Shown here one piece after another: positions 44,741 through 53,591 of a stretch of DNA of 64,000 nt. This DNA is from an uncultured Solirubrobacterales bacterium (GTDB lineage Bacteria; Actinomycetota; Thermoleophilia; Solirubrobacterales; Solirubrobacteraceae): NCBI GenBank assembly GCA_963720795.1, contig CAVRGU010000004.1, positions 12,423-76,422 of the forward strand, written 5' to 3'. A program made the translations under genes and the position numbers. Below the pieces are notes generated by a model that saw nothing but the letters and a program-made list of their open reading frames with translations, did no database searches and was not told where the DNA came from. The first letter of the stretch is position 1. Every line of letters begins with the position of its first letter.

Positions 44741-45079
44741 ATGCCCCCCACCCGCCATGTGCCGCCCGCCAGCTCCCGTAGGTGTCAGCCCGTTCCCGTG
44801 GAGGTCCGCCGCACGGCGGACCTCCTGGAGCGGCGCTGGCAGCTGTCGATCATCTACGCCGCGCTCACGGGCGCGCTGCGCTTCAGCGAGTTCGCCGAGG
44901 CCGTGTCCGGCATCTCCCCGCGGATGCTCTCCGAGCGCCTGCGCGACCTCGAGTCCGCGGGTCTCGTGCAGCGCACCGTGATCCCCTCCAGCCCCCCCAC
45001 GGTCGAGTACCGCCTCACCGCGCGCGGGCGGCGCCTCGCGCCGGTGGTCGAAGCGATGCGGGCTTACGCCGAGGGGTAG
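44741..45079 (+). CDS. HxlR-family regulator
   Basis: RW..II..RFSEF..ISPRMLSERLRDLE..VEYRLTARG. Confidence 0.9.
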   Translation: MPPTRHVPPASSRRCQPVPVEVRRTADLLERRWQLSIIYAALTGALRFSEFAEAVSGISPRMLSERLRDLESAGLVQRTVIPSSPPTVEYRLTARGRRLAPVVEAMRAYAEG

Positions 45080-45083
45080 GGCC

Positions 45084-45127
45084 GACAAGGCTCCTTGACA
45101 GACTCCCCCTGACAAGGTATCTTGTCA
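45084..45127 (+). promoter_or_regulatory. Promoter with two palindromic operators
   Basis: TTGACA (45095)-17 bp-TATCTT (45118); GACAAGGctCCTTGAC and TGACAAGgtatCTTGTCA. Confidence 0.7.
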
Positions 45128-45129
45128 TC

Positions 45130-45387
45130 GTGCACACCGAAGAGGAGCTCCAGCGAGCGGCGAAACTCGCCGAGGAGCTCGACCCGTCTCGCGTTCCGAT
45201 GGACGACACGACCGACCTGCGCATGCTCGCAGAGGCCGTCGACGGCGTGCGCGCCGGGGAGGCCCGTGTCCGCGAGATGGTCGCGCGTGCGCGCGCCAAC
45301 GGCCGATCATGGGGCGAAATCGGGATCGCACTCGACGTCTCTCGCCAGGCCGCCCGCGAGCGGTTCGCTGAGAAGATCCGCGCGTAG
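45130..45387 (+). CDS. Small HTH protein (antitoxin-like), leaderless
   Basis: ARANGRSWGEIGIALDVSRQAARERF. Confidence 0.7.
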   Translation: MHTEEELQRAAKLAEELDPSRVPMDDTTDLRMLAEAVDGVRAGEARVREMVARARANGRSWGEIGIALDVSRQAARERFAEKIRA

Positions 45388-45424
45388 GTCCCGCGCAGCC
45401 AGGCGACCTCTGACTCGCGGAATA

Positions 45425-45480
45425 TCGGGGCGGGCGGATTCGAACCGCCGTCCTCACCGACCCGAAACGTGCGCGCAACC
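45425..45480 (-). pseudogene. Degenerate 3' part of tRNA-Pro(CGG) (att-like remnant)
   Basis: Minus strand TTCGGGTCGGTGAGGACGGCGGTTCGAATCCGCCCGCCCCGA. Confidence 0.7.
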
Positions 45481-45482
45481 GC

Positions 45483-45797
45483 CACTGTCGAGGGATGGCG
45501 CGCAATCTTTTGAAAGCGTGGCCAGCGCTGTGGACGTTCGCCAAGCACCTCGGCGTCGAGCCGACCAACAACCATGCCGAGCGCGCCCTACGCTCGGCGG
45601 TCATCTACCGCAAGCTCTCCTTTGGCAGCCAGTCTGAGGGTGGCGAACTACGGACCGCCCGTCTACTCTCAGCGCACACGACCTGTCGCCTGCAAGAACG
45701 CTCGCTGTTCGTCTACCTCACCGAGGCACTCGCCGCCAGCGCCCGTGGGGACCCCGCGCCGCTGCTCACTTGAGCGAGCGAGTGACTGAGCGGTTAC
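45483..45797 (+). mobile_element. IS66-family transposase 3' remnant with right end
   Basis: VEPTNNHAERALRSAVIYRKLSFGSQS; end TGAGCGGTTAC (reverse complement GTAACCGCTCA). Confidence 0.85.
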
Positions 45798-45827
45798 TAA
45801 AAGGTATCGATTTCCAGGCAATTCCTG

Positions 45828-45878
45828 AGGGTGAGCGACGGGATTCGAACCTGCGGCCGCCGGGACCACAAACCCGGG
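45828..45878 (-). pseudogene. 3' half of tRNA-His(GTG) (att-like remnant)
   Basis: Minus strand CCGGGTTTGTGGTCCCGGCGGCCGCAGGTTCGAATCCCGTCGCTCACCC. Confidence 0.7.
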
Positions 45879-46097
45879 GTATGTGGAAATGACCGGGAGT
45901 GCGCTCCCCCAGCACGTCAATCACGACCCTCAAGCCAACCGACTGGCGGCTCTGCGTACTCGCGGCGGGTGAGCGCCCCGCCGACAGACCAGAGGCTGGG
46001 GGCCTCCTCCGGTTGCGCGAAGGTGTATAGGTCGTGGTCGTCCTGGCACTCGGAGGGGGTGCTGCCTCGCCGCTTGCCTGCTGGCCGGGGTGCGCGA

Positions 46098-47252
46098 CTA
46101 CAGGGGTTTGCGAGCCTCGCCAGGATGACGCTGGGCGTAGTCGCGCATCGCGCGCTGTGCGCGCTCGCGAGCACGACGCTCGGCGAGCTTGGTGTAGACG
46201 TTGGCGATCAGCCAGCCGCCGTCGTCGTGGCCTGCCATCTCAGCGGCGGTCGCGGGATCGAGGCCCAGGCCGCCGTCCTCGACAGGGTCGACCATCCATT
46301 GCAGCGCCCGGTGCTTGAGTTCGTAGAACTCGAGGCTCGGCATGCCCGCCGCGATCCGAACGGCGTTCCAGTGCGGGTACCAGTTGGAGAGCGAAAGGTA
46401 TCCGCCTCGTATCGCGGGAAAGAGGATCGTCCGGTCGTATTGCATGACGAGCTCGAGGTGTGCGCGAAGCCGCGGGCTGGGGACGACCCAGCGTGGATCC
46501 CCGTCCTTGGTCGGTACGCGCTTGCGTGTCCGCGAGTCGACCTGCCAGCGCACACCGAGGACATCCTCCTCGAGGTCCACTTCGTCTTTGTGTAGCGCGA
46601 AGATCTCGCTCGGGCGGATCGCGGCCTCGCCGACCGCGAGGATCGCGCCCTCGACGACGAGCGCGTAATCGTCGGTGCGACAGGTTCGCGCGCATTGAAG
46701 AAGCCGCGTGTACTGCTCGCTTGTCACGATTTCGAAGTCGGGTCGTTCGATGCGGCGCTTCTGCTTGTTGATGCCGAGATTGGTGAAGTGGTTGCGCGGG
46801 ATCAGCTCCCGGTCAAGCGCGTGGTTGAAGAACTGGCGCACAACCTCCTGGGTACTGGCACTCTTTGGCAAGATGTACGTCAAGGCCTCATCACGGGTGA
46901 AGCTGCCCAGCGGCCGCTCGCCGTACTCGCGTAGGAACGGCACCAGCATTTCGCGCATCCACCGCACCGTTTTCTCACGCCGGCCGTCTCGCTTGCGCGC
47001 ACGCTGACCGTCGGGCCAGGTCATCTTTATCCGGCCGTCCGACTGGACACTCGCGCCCGCGAACTCCATGCACGTCGGGACGGGCTTGGTGTCCGGTCGC
47101 TCAACCCTCTCGCGCAACTCCGCGCGTGCCCTGGCGACCGCCTGCTCATACTCGGCGACGCTCGCGCAGCCGCTGACCCACTTGCGCTTGCCCTTGTAGG
47201 AGGCGTACCCCGACCAGTTCGGCTTGCGCCGCGTACCACGATTGTGCGGCAT
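46098..47252 (-). CDS. Tyrosine recombinase/integrase
   Basis: AIRPSEIFAL (R), TKDG (K), YELKH, AGHDDGG..NVY; N-terminal arm-binding-like segment. Confidence 0.88.
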   Translation of the reverse strand: MPHNRGTRRKPNWSGYASYKGKRKWVSGCASVAEYEQAVARARAELRERVERPDTKPVPTCMEFAGASVQSDGRIKMTWPDGQRARKRDGRREKTVRWMREMLVPFLREYGERPLGSFTRDEALTYILPKSASTQEVVRQFFNHALDRELIPRNHFTNLGINKQKRRIERPDFEIVTSEQYTRLLQCARTCRTDDYALVVEGAILAVGEAAIRPSEIFALHKDEVDLEEDVLGVRWQVDSRTRKRVPTKDGDPRWVVPSPRLRAHLELVMQYDRTILFPAIRGGYLSLSNWYPHWNAVRIAAGMPSLEFYELKHRALQWMVDPVEDGGLGLDPATAAEMAGHDDGGWLIANVYTKLAERRARERAQRAMRDYAQRHPGEARKPL

Positions 47253-47414
47253 CACGCACCCCACCAGCCGGGCTGCCAAGCAGCCAAGCCTCCACATCGG
47301 AGATGCGGTAGTGAACGATGCCACCCCGGCGAAGATGCGGCAGGCCCTCGCGATGCTGCAATTCGATCCAGCGCGCAGGGCACCGGCGCCCAGACAAGCT
47401 GCTCTGAAATCGCA

Positions 47415-47487
47415 CGCAGCGGCTCCTCTTCGTGCAGCAGACTTGCAGCGGATCTCGGCTCTGCCTGCAACGGATCTGCAGCCGATC
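47415..47487 (+). repeat. Cluster of short direct repeats (candidate integrase arm sites)
   Basis: CGCAGCGGCTC, TGCAGCAGACT, TGCAGCGGATC, TGCAACGGATC, TGCAGCCGATC. Confidence 0.55.
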
Positions 47488-47668
47488 GACCACCAAAAAA
47501 CCACGCCTCCGCCCAGATTTCACCCAAAAAGTCCGCTATTTGCGAGGTTTCTCGACCATACGATCAGGGATCGCGACAGCCTTTGAACCTGTGACCACAC
47601 CTAGAGTAAAAGCCCCGCAAAGCGGCCATTTTCACGCCACCAAAGAAGCCAAGGAAACCAAATCAGCG

Positions 47669-47714
47669 ATCGGGGAGACTGGATTTCGAACCAGCGACCG
47701 CCCGGCCCCCAGCC
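47669..47714 (-). pseudogene. tRNA-Pro 3' fragment with GGG anticodon loop; direct repeat of the intact tRNA-Pro 3' end (att site)
   Basis: ATCGGGGAGACTGGATTTCGAACCAGCGACC versus ATCGGGGCGACTGGATTCGAACCAGCGACC at 57549. Confidence 0.85.
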
Positions 47715-47792
47715 TGCGGGTTCTGGTGTCGCCGGGTGCTCGGAGCCCATGTTGACTGGGTTTCAGTGCGTCTGAGTGCTTCTGAGTTATGC

Positions 47793-48749
47793 TCACTTTG
47801 AACCCCAAATTGGACCCCAAGCCTCGTCGGCGAATTCGCCACCCTCGTGCCAGCGCAGCGTCTCGGGGTCCCGCCGGCCCTGCGCGGTTCCCGCAAGCAG
47901 CGGATCGATGAAGCGCGTCACGGTCTCGACAGCGCTGGTGAGATCGCGCTCCCTCAGTTGAGGCGCTTCGCGCGCGACCCGCGCGTAGCCGCTCGGCCAG
48001 TCACGCCCAGCAGGCGCCGCGAGGCGGGTGGGCAGGCTCAGGCCACGCCGCCGGGCCTCGGATGCCAGCGCCTCGCCAAGCTCATCGACCCCGACCGTGA
48101 TCGTGTGGGCGAAGATCGCCAGATCGGCGAGGTCGCGAAAGCGGGTGCTCGGCTCCCTCAACCCGCTGGAGCGCTCGTGCGTCTCCAACAGGGCGCACAC
48201 CTTGTCGGCCACGTGGTCGGCAAGCGGGTAGACGGCGTAGCTCGCCGTTACGAGCCCAGGCAACTCGACCGGCACGAGCGGCGAGACTACGTCCGGCAGG
48301 CCGGTCATCAGGAGGCTGGCGACGAGATCGACGTGGAAGCTCGCGAACCGCTCAATACCCAAGAACGCGACGACACCCAAGCGCATCGCGCCTGCCCCCT
48401 GCGTGATGCGCTGGCCGGGAGCCAACGTAAGGGTGAAGTAGTCGTCCAGGTCGATCGCGGCGGCGGCGCGTAGGGCCCGCTCCGCTTCCTCGAGATCGCC
48501 GGCACGGCTGAGCAAATCGATATCGCGCGTATGCCGGGCGCCGGCTCCAAGCCGAGCGAGCATCGCCGTGGCGCCCTTGAGCACCCATCGGTCGGGTTCA
48601 GCACGAAAGATCCGGCACAGCAGCCGGTCGTAGGCGCACTGACGCTGCAGACTGCTGAGCTCAACCCCGTGCTCACGCGCGAGTGGACGCAGACGATCGG
48701 CGATCGCGTTGCGCATCGCACGCGGATCGCGGTAGCGCTCAGCGCTCAC
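47793..48749 (-). CDS. abiEii: AbiEii nucleotidyltransferase toxin (type IV TA)
   Basis: WVLKGATAML..RHTRDIDLL, HVADKVCA, STRFRDLADL. Confidence 0.88.
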   Translation of the reverse strand: MSAERYRDPRAMRNAIADRLRPLAREHGVELSSLQRQCAYDRLLCRIFRAEPDRWVLKGATAMLARLGAGARHTRDIDLLSRAGDLEEAERALRAAAAIDLDDYFTLTLAPGQRITQGAGAMRLGVVAFLGIERFASFHVDLVASLLMTGLPDVVSPLVPVELPGLVTASYAVYPLADHVADKVCALLETHERSSGLREPSTRFRDLADLAIFAHTITVGVDELGEALASEARRRGLSLPTRLAAPAGRDWPSGYARVAREAPQLRERDLTSAVETVTRFIDPLLAGTAQGRRDPETLRWHEGGEFADEAWGPIWGSK

Positions 48750-49426
48750 CGCCACCTCGGGCAAGCGCGACCATCTCCAGCCGATCTCCGTAGTTGGCCA
48801 GCCTCAGCAGATAGTCCAGCAACGCCACGCCGTCGCCGCGGCGAAACCCGTAGCGCGCCGCCGATGGCGCCACGCACTCGGCGATCGTGTTCGGGTAGTC
48901 GAGCACCCGGTGAACGACCTCCGCAGTGATCTGAGCCACGCTCGCCGGCTCCACGTGATCGTCCAGCAGGTCGGCGATCATCTGCCCTGCACTGGTCGTG
49001 GGAAGTCCGTCCAACAGATGCCGCTGGCCATCGGGCGCCCGAGCCGCGGTGCAGGCGCACATCGGGCCGGCGCGTCTGTCGCCGCGCCGGGAGCGTGAAC
49101 TCGTGCACATCGGCACGGAGATCGCCAACCCCGTACAGGGATGCCGCTGAGGCGTGCGAGACAACGGCGACATCGGACGAGCGCACACGCTCCCACGCCG
49201 GCGTGCCCGGATCGAGCTGAAGCCATGCCGCCCGCAGCCCGAGATGATCCGGCTCGGCCGCTCCACGGATCATGTAGACGCCGTGCGCCACACGCTCAAT
49301 CAACCCATCACGCGCCAGACGCGCAAGCGAGCTCGCGGCCACGCCGGCCTGCTGCGCCTGCTGGCGCGTGCAAAGACCCCATTGGGTCTCGGCGACATCG
49401 AACAGCCGTTGAAGAGGCCGAGGCAT
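48746..49426 (-). CDS. abiEi: AbiEi antitoxin (frameshift near 49040)
   Basis: AETQWGLCTRQQA..LIERVAHGVY, VVSHASAASLYG; GTGA overlap with toxin. Confidence 0.85.
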   Translation of the reverse strand: MPRPLQRLFDVAETQWGLCTRQQAQQAGVAASSLARLARDGLIERVAHGVYMIRGAAEPDHLGLRAAWLQLDPGTPAWERVRSSDVAVVSHASAASLYGVGDLRADVHEFTLPARRQTRRPDVRLHRGSGARWPAASVGRTSHDQCRADDRRPAGRSRGAGERGSDHCGGRSPGARLPEHDRRVRGAIGGALRVSPRRRRGVAGLSAEAGQLRRSAGDGRACPRWR

Positions 49427-49427
49427 A

Positions 49428-49514
49428 CTGCAAAACATACCACGAGCGGATTGTTTTGCAGAAGCTATAGGCTTGGTACTCTGCAAAACATCTCATATTC
49501 AGACTATTTTGCAG
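49428..49514. promoter_or_regulatory. Two 34-bp inverted-repeat operators of abiE
   Basis: CTGCAAAACA-N14-TGTTTTGCAG (49428-49461) and CTGCAAAACA-N14-TATTTTGCAG (49481-49514). Confidence 0.8.
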
Positions 49515-49570
49515 CGCAGCATGCCCGAATGATCTGAGCAAGCTTCGACGAACCGATGCCTTGCGATTCC

Positions 49571-49879
49571 TTACAGAGGTACGGCCTCGGCATAGATGCG
49601 CTCGCGCAGGTACGGGCTCACGCCGCCCTCACTGAGCACATGGATCTGGATGCCGAGCATGTCCTCCAAATCCTGCCATAGTCCTACAAGATCGACCAGG
49701 CTGCGCCCCGGCTCCATCTCTACCAGCAGGTCAACGTCGCTCGCCTCGTGCGACTCGCCGCGCGCGATCGAGCCGAACACGCAGACGTTGCGCGCACCGT
49801 GCTCGGCGGCGTACCTCAAGATCTCCTCCCGTCGAGTTCGCAGTCGCTGCATGTCAATCTGGCCGGAGACAGAACTCAT
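49571..49879 (-). CDS. Minimal nucleotidyltransferase (MNT antitoxin), no adjacent HEPN gene
   Basis: VFGSIARGE..SDVDLLV; 102 aa. Confidence 0.88.
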   Translation of the reverse strand: MSSVSGQIDMQRLRTRREEILRYAAEHGARNVCVFGSIARGESHEASDVDLLVEMEPGRSLVDLVGLWQDLEDMLGIQIHVLSEGGVSPYLRERIYAEAVPL

Positions 49880-50230
49880 GTTGCCATCCACGTTACCGCC
49901 GCCGCACAGCCAAATCAGACCGCCGCTTCCACCTACTGGAAGCGGCGAATCGCAGCGAGCTTCGGACGGAAGTCGGCTAGCACCAAATTTGGACCCCACG
50001 ACATAAGCCTTGCCTTCTACAAGCTTTGGTTTATGCTCGTTGGGTGTGGGGAGTCGAGTACACCGACACGTTCGGATCGAACAGGCACAGTTCGATGAGC
50101 GCCTTCAAACTATCCTCCAGCGAGCAAAGTCGGTGGCCTGCGAGTACTACGAACTGACAGGGCGACCGCTTGGGGTAACCGCCGAGATCGCAGAGTACGA
50201 GGCGTGCCGACTGATCGACCTTGAACTAGC

Positions 50231-51279
50231 TGACGTGCCCAGGGACGTTCAGAACGCGGTGTAGGTAGGTCCGGGCCTACCGAGAGGCTGTGGGTGTCAA
50301 AGCTCACGACCTCAAGGGAGGCCCGGAATGCCGCACCATAGAGCCCGTTTGACCCCGCGTGGGCGGGAGATGGTCGTTCGTCGTGTCGTGGATGACGGGA
50401 TGTCCTTCGCGGGGGCCGCCGCGTGGGGGAACGTGTCGAAGTCCACGGTCTGGGAGTGGGTACACCGCTGGCGCCAGGCCACTCCCTCTGAGCGCGAGTC
50501 GTTGGTGTGCCTGCTTGAGCGCTCCAGTCGTCCGCACCGGTCGCCCTCCCGGTGCCCTGTTGAGGAGGAGCAGCGCATCTGTGAGCTGCGGCGACGGACC
50601 GGCTGGAGCCCCAGGGCGATCGCCATGCTGATTGGGCGCCCGCACTCGACCGTGCACCAGGTGCTGCGGCGTGGAGGCTGCTCACGCCGAGAGCCCTCCG
50701 AGCGCGCGGCGGTCGTCCGCTATGAGTGGCCGTGCCCGGGGAACCTGCTGCATATGGACGTCAAGAAGTTCGGGAAGTTCACCGAGCCTGGGCACGCGCT
50801 GACGGGTGATCGCACCCGGCGCTCCCGGAGGGCTGGGTGGGAGTACGTGCACTCGATCGTTGATGACTGCAGCCGCTTGGCGTTCTCGGAGATCCACGAC
50901 GACGAGAAGGCCCCGACCGTGACCGCGTTCACCCGCCGCGCACTGGACTGGTTCTTGGAGCGCGGGATCGTCGCTGAGCGGCTGATGAGCGACAACGCGT
51001 TCGCCTACATCCGCAACAAGACCCTGAGCGAACTGCTCTACCGCCGCGCGATCCACCACCTCCGCACCCGGCCCTACACGCCTCGCACCAACGGGAAGGT
51101 CGAGCGCTACCAGCAGACCCTGCAACGCGAGTGGGCCTACGCCCTGCAATACGCCTCAAGCGACGCCCGCCGGGCCTCCCTGCCACACTGGGTCCGCCAC
51201 TACAACGAGCAACGCACCCACAGCGCCCTCAACAACCGCCCACCCATCCACCGCGTTCGGGACGTCACCGGGCACAACA
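50231..51279 (+). mobile_element. Complete IS481-family element with 6-bp target duplication ACTAGC
   Basis: IRL TGACGTGCCCAGGGACGTTCAGAACGCGGTG, IRR (rc) TGTTGTGCCCGGTGACGTCCCGAACGCGGTG; ACTAGC at 50225-50230 and 51280-51285. Confidence 0.92.
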
Positions 51280-51284
51280 ACTAG
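50328..51284 (+). CDS. IS481-family transposase
   Basis: HRARLTPRGR, LLHMDVKK, VDDCSR, SDN, RPYTPRTNGKVER, YNEQRTHSAL. Confidence 0.95.
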   Translation: MPHHRARLTPRGREMVVRRVVDDGMSFAGAAAWGNVSKSTVWEWVHRWRQATPSERESLVCLLERSSRPHRSPSRCPVEEEQRICELRRRTGWSPRAIAMLIGRPHSTVHQVLRRGGCSRREPSERAAVVRYEWPCPGNLLHMDVKKFGKFTEPGHALTGDRTRRSRRAGWEYVHSIVDDCSRLAFSEIHDDEKAPTVTAFTRRALDWFLERGIVAERLMSDNAFAYIRNKTLSELLYRRAIHHLRTRPYTPRTNGKVERYQQTLQREWAYALQYASSDARRASLPHWVRHYNEQRTHSALNNRPPIHRVRDVTGHNN

Positions 51285-51939
51285 CCCCTGTGCGTCACCC
51301 TGGATATGACGCGATCCGCCGCACAGCCACGGGAGAGGACCACATTCAAATCAAGGGGCGTTGTATCCCTTCCGCATCTCGAACTGGCCAGCGTGTCGGT
51401 CGGATCGACCTCAATGGCGAGTGGGATGTAGTGATCCTCGTCGTTCTGGACGAGCGATTCAACGCAACGACCATCCACGAAGCAGACCGACGGGCTATTG
51501 TCCGAGCGATAGAGGCGCCGGGGTCGCGTACTCGGAACCGGGGCCAGCTTGGCGTCCGAATGTTCAAGTCGATAGGTCGCGAGGTATGGTCGCGAGACAA
51601 CCAACAGGACGACGGCACCTGAACGTGCGGCGGCCACGCAGTGAGCCCGCCGGGTTTGCTTGCGGTCAACGCTCGATAAGTGCTCCTATGCAGCCGCAAC
51701 GTGAGCTCAACACGAAAAAGGCGCGAGCCAGACATTCCGCGACCTCAGCAAGCGATCGCGAGACGCGGGAGCACCCCGCTCGATCCCAATATGACGAAAC
51801 TTGGAACCTGCGACCACCCGGTCCCTACAGGCAACTTCCGGTAGTGAGCGGACTTTGGACCCCAAATTGGACCCCAAACCTAAAACTGGCTACTTGGCCA
51901 AAAATCTATAAACCGCCAATTTGCAGGTATTTTCTCATC

Positions 51940-52275
51940 GGCCTGCTTGGACACTATTCGAACCAAGACCTCCAGGGGTCGCTTGCCCGGCTGGCCAGGA
52001 GGCTCGCCGCCGTACGGGCCAACGGCGGGCCTAGGCGACGGCCTGCAACCTGCCGGCAGCGGCCACGCCGGCCGGGCTGGGTGCTGAAGGCCATCGTCGG
52101 CGTCCTGGCCGACCAGGACGAGCCAATGCGGCCCAAGGACATCCACGCAGCGGTCGAGGCGGCGCTGGGCCAGCCGGTTGCGACGTCCTCGATCAAGACC
52201 GCCCTGGCCGCCAACGCCTCGGGTCCCTCACGACGACTGGTCCGCGTGGCGCCGGGCCGGTACGGGCTGGCGTAG
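51940..52275 (+). CDS. Small winged-helix-like protein (start unclear)
   Basis: WVLKAIVGVL..PMRPKDIHAAVE..VRVAPGRYGL. Confidence 0.45.
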   Translation, partial: GLLGHYSNQDLQGSLARLARRLAAVRANGGPRRRPATCRQRPRRPGWVLKAIVGVLADQDEPMRPKDIHAAVEAALGQPVATSSIKTALAANASGPSRRLVRVAPGRYGLA

Positions 52276-52280
52276 CCCCG

Positions 52281-52868
52281 TTACGGCTCGCCGGGCATCT
52301 TCACGAGATCGTGGAGCATCTCCCGGAGGGCCGAGTCGCTGCCGTAATGGCTCTCGCGGGCGACGTGGACATTGCGCTCAGCATCAAGACGCGCCCAGGC
52401 CATCGGATGGCCAGCAGTCTTGGCGATCTGGCCGAGAAAGGCGCGTTGAGCGCGGCCGTTGCCCTCCCGGAAGGGGTGGACGGCGTTGAGCTCAGCGTAG
52501 TAGTGGGCCAGCCGCTCCACGAACCGCTCGCGTCGCAGACCATGCAGCAAGCCTTCGCGCGCGAGATCGGCCAACAGCCTCCTCAGATAAGGATCGATGT
52601 GCTCGGGCAGAGCGAACAGATCGCCACCCTTGCTGATCCGCACCGCGCGAAGCTCGCCGGCCCACGGGTACACGTCGCCGAAGATGTGGCGGTGGGTCGC
52701 CTGCAGGTGGGCGAGATCGTAGCCGCCGGGGATGAAGCGTCGTTCGAGCTGCGCAATACGAATCGCGCTGAGCGCCGCCTCCCGCTCAGCAAGGTCGGCC
52801 GCATCGCGTATGTCGAGACGGTTGCGCAGGACATCGGTGCCGGGGTAGACGTACGGATCGTCGGCCAT
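52281..52868 (-). CDS. Fic-domain adenylyltransferase toxin
   Basis: DPYVYPGTDVLRN, HPFREGNGRAQR. Confidence 0.92.
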   Translation of the reverse strand: MADDPYVYPGTDVLRNRLDIRDAADLAEREAALSAIRIAQLERRFIPGGYDLAHLQATHRHIFGDVYPWAGELRAVRISKGGDLFALPEHIDPYLRRLLADLAREGLLHGLRRERFVERLAHYYAELNAVHPFREGNGRAQRAFLGQIAKTAGHPMAWARLDAERNVHVARESHYGSDSALREMLHDLVKMPGEP

Positions 52869-52903
52869 CGCCGCGAACGTACCCGATCAGTACGTCGGAG
52901 CCC

Positions 52904-53098
52904 CTACGCCCGCACGGGCGCGAGCAGCTCGTCAAGCGACTCGCCGGCACCGATCCGCCGGGCCGCCTCGTCAAGCTGCGCGTCGCTGAGCTCGCCGCAC
53001 GCCCACCGATCCAGAAGCGCCTGGGCAACGCCCGGATCGAGACCCTCAGCCCGTACTGAGGCGAGCGCGTTTTCGGCTGCCTGCCTGCGCGTGGTCAT
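52904..53098 (-). CDS. VbhA-type antitoxin
   Basis: 64 aa, directly upstream of fic, inhibitory motif SVRAEG. Confidence 0.8.
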   Translation of the reverse strand: MTTRRQAAENALASVRAEGLDPGVAQALLDRWACGELSDAQLDEAARRIGAGESLDELLAPVRA

Positions 53099-53159
53099 AC
53101 ATGCATCTTAGACGCGACAGCCACGGCCTCCGTAAGGAACAATCCCATAGCCACGGCCA

Positions 53160-53574
53160 AGATGACAAGAGCCGCAAAGGGTTCGACGAGCTGCGCAAGC
53201 AGATCAATGCGACCCGGCGCGTCGTGCAACGTCGAGGAGCACAAGACCGATGCTCAGCGAGCTGCGCCGCAAGCTCGACCTCACCCAGACAATCGTCGTC
53301 GACCGACTCGACGTCACCCAGGAGGAACATCTCCCAGATCGAGCGCGGAGAGGCTGACGTTCGGCTATCCACACTCAGCCGGTATGTCGAGGCCCTCAGC
53401 GGACACCTGGAGGTTCGAGCCGCATTTCCAGAGGAGACCGTCGCGCTCAGCGTGGGGACAGCCGCGACGGTGCGACGACGGCGAACACGAAGGAGATCCA
53501 CCGTCGCAGCCAAGACACCTCGCAACTCCAACGCCCCGAGAGCAAAGAAAACGCCAGCAGCACGCGACGCCTGA
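53160..53574 (+). pseudogene. Degenerate XRE/HigA-like HTH antitoxin
   Basis: NISQIERGEADVRLSTLSRYVEALSGHLEVRAAFP; 5' part out of frame; no toxin seen. Confidence 0.6.
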
Positions 53575-53591
53575 AACGAACGGTGGCCCGC

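Larger units (their letters stand above)
50050..51622 (+). pseudogene. DUF6998-like PD-(D/E)xK nuclease gene interrupted by IS481
   Basis: Removing the IS and one TSD copy restores EYYELTGRPLGVTAEIAEY..DLELAPVRHPGYDA..IQIKGR in frame; start uncertain. Confidence 0.7.
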
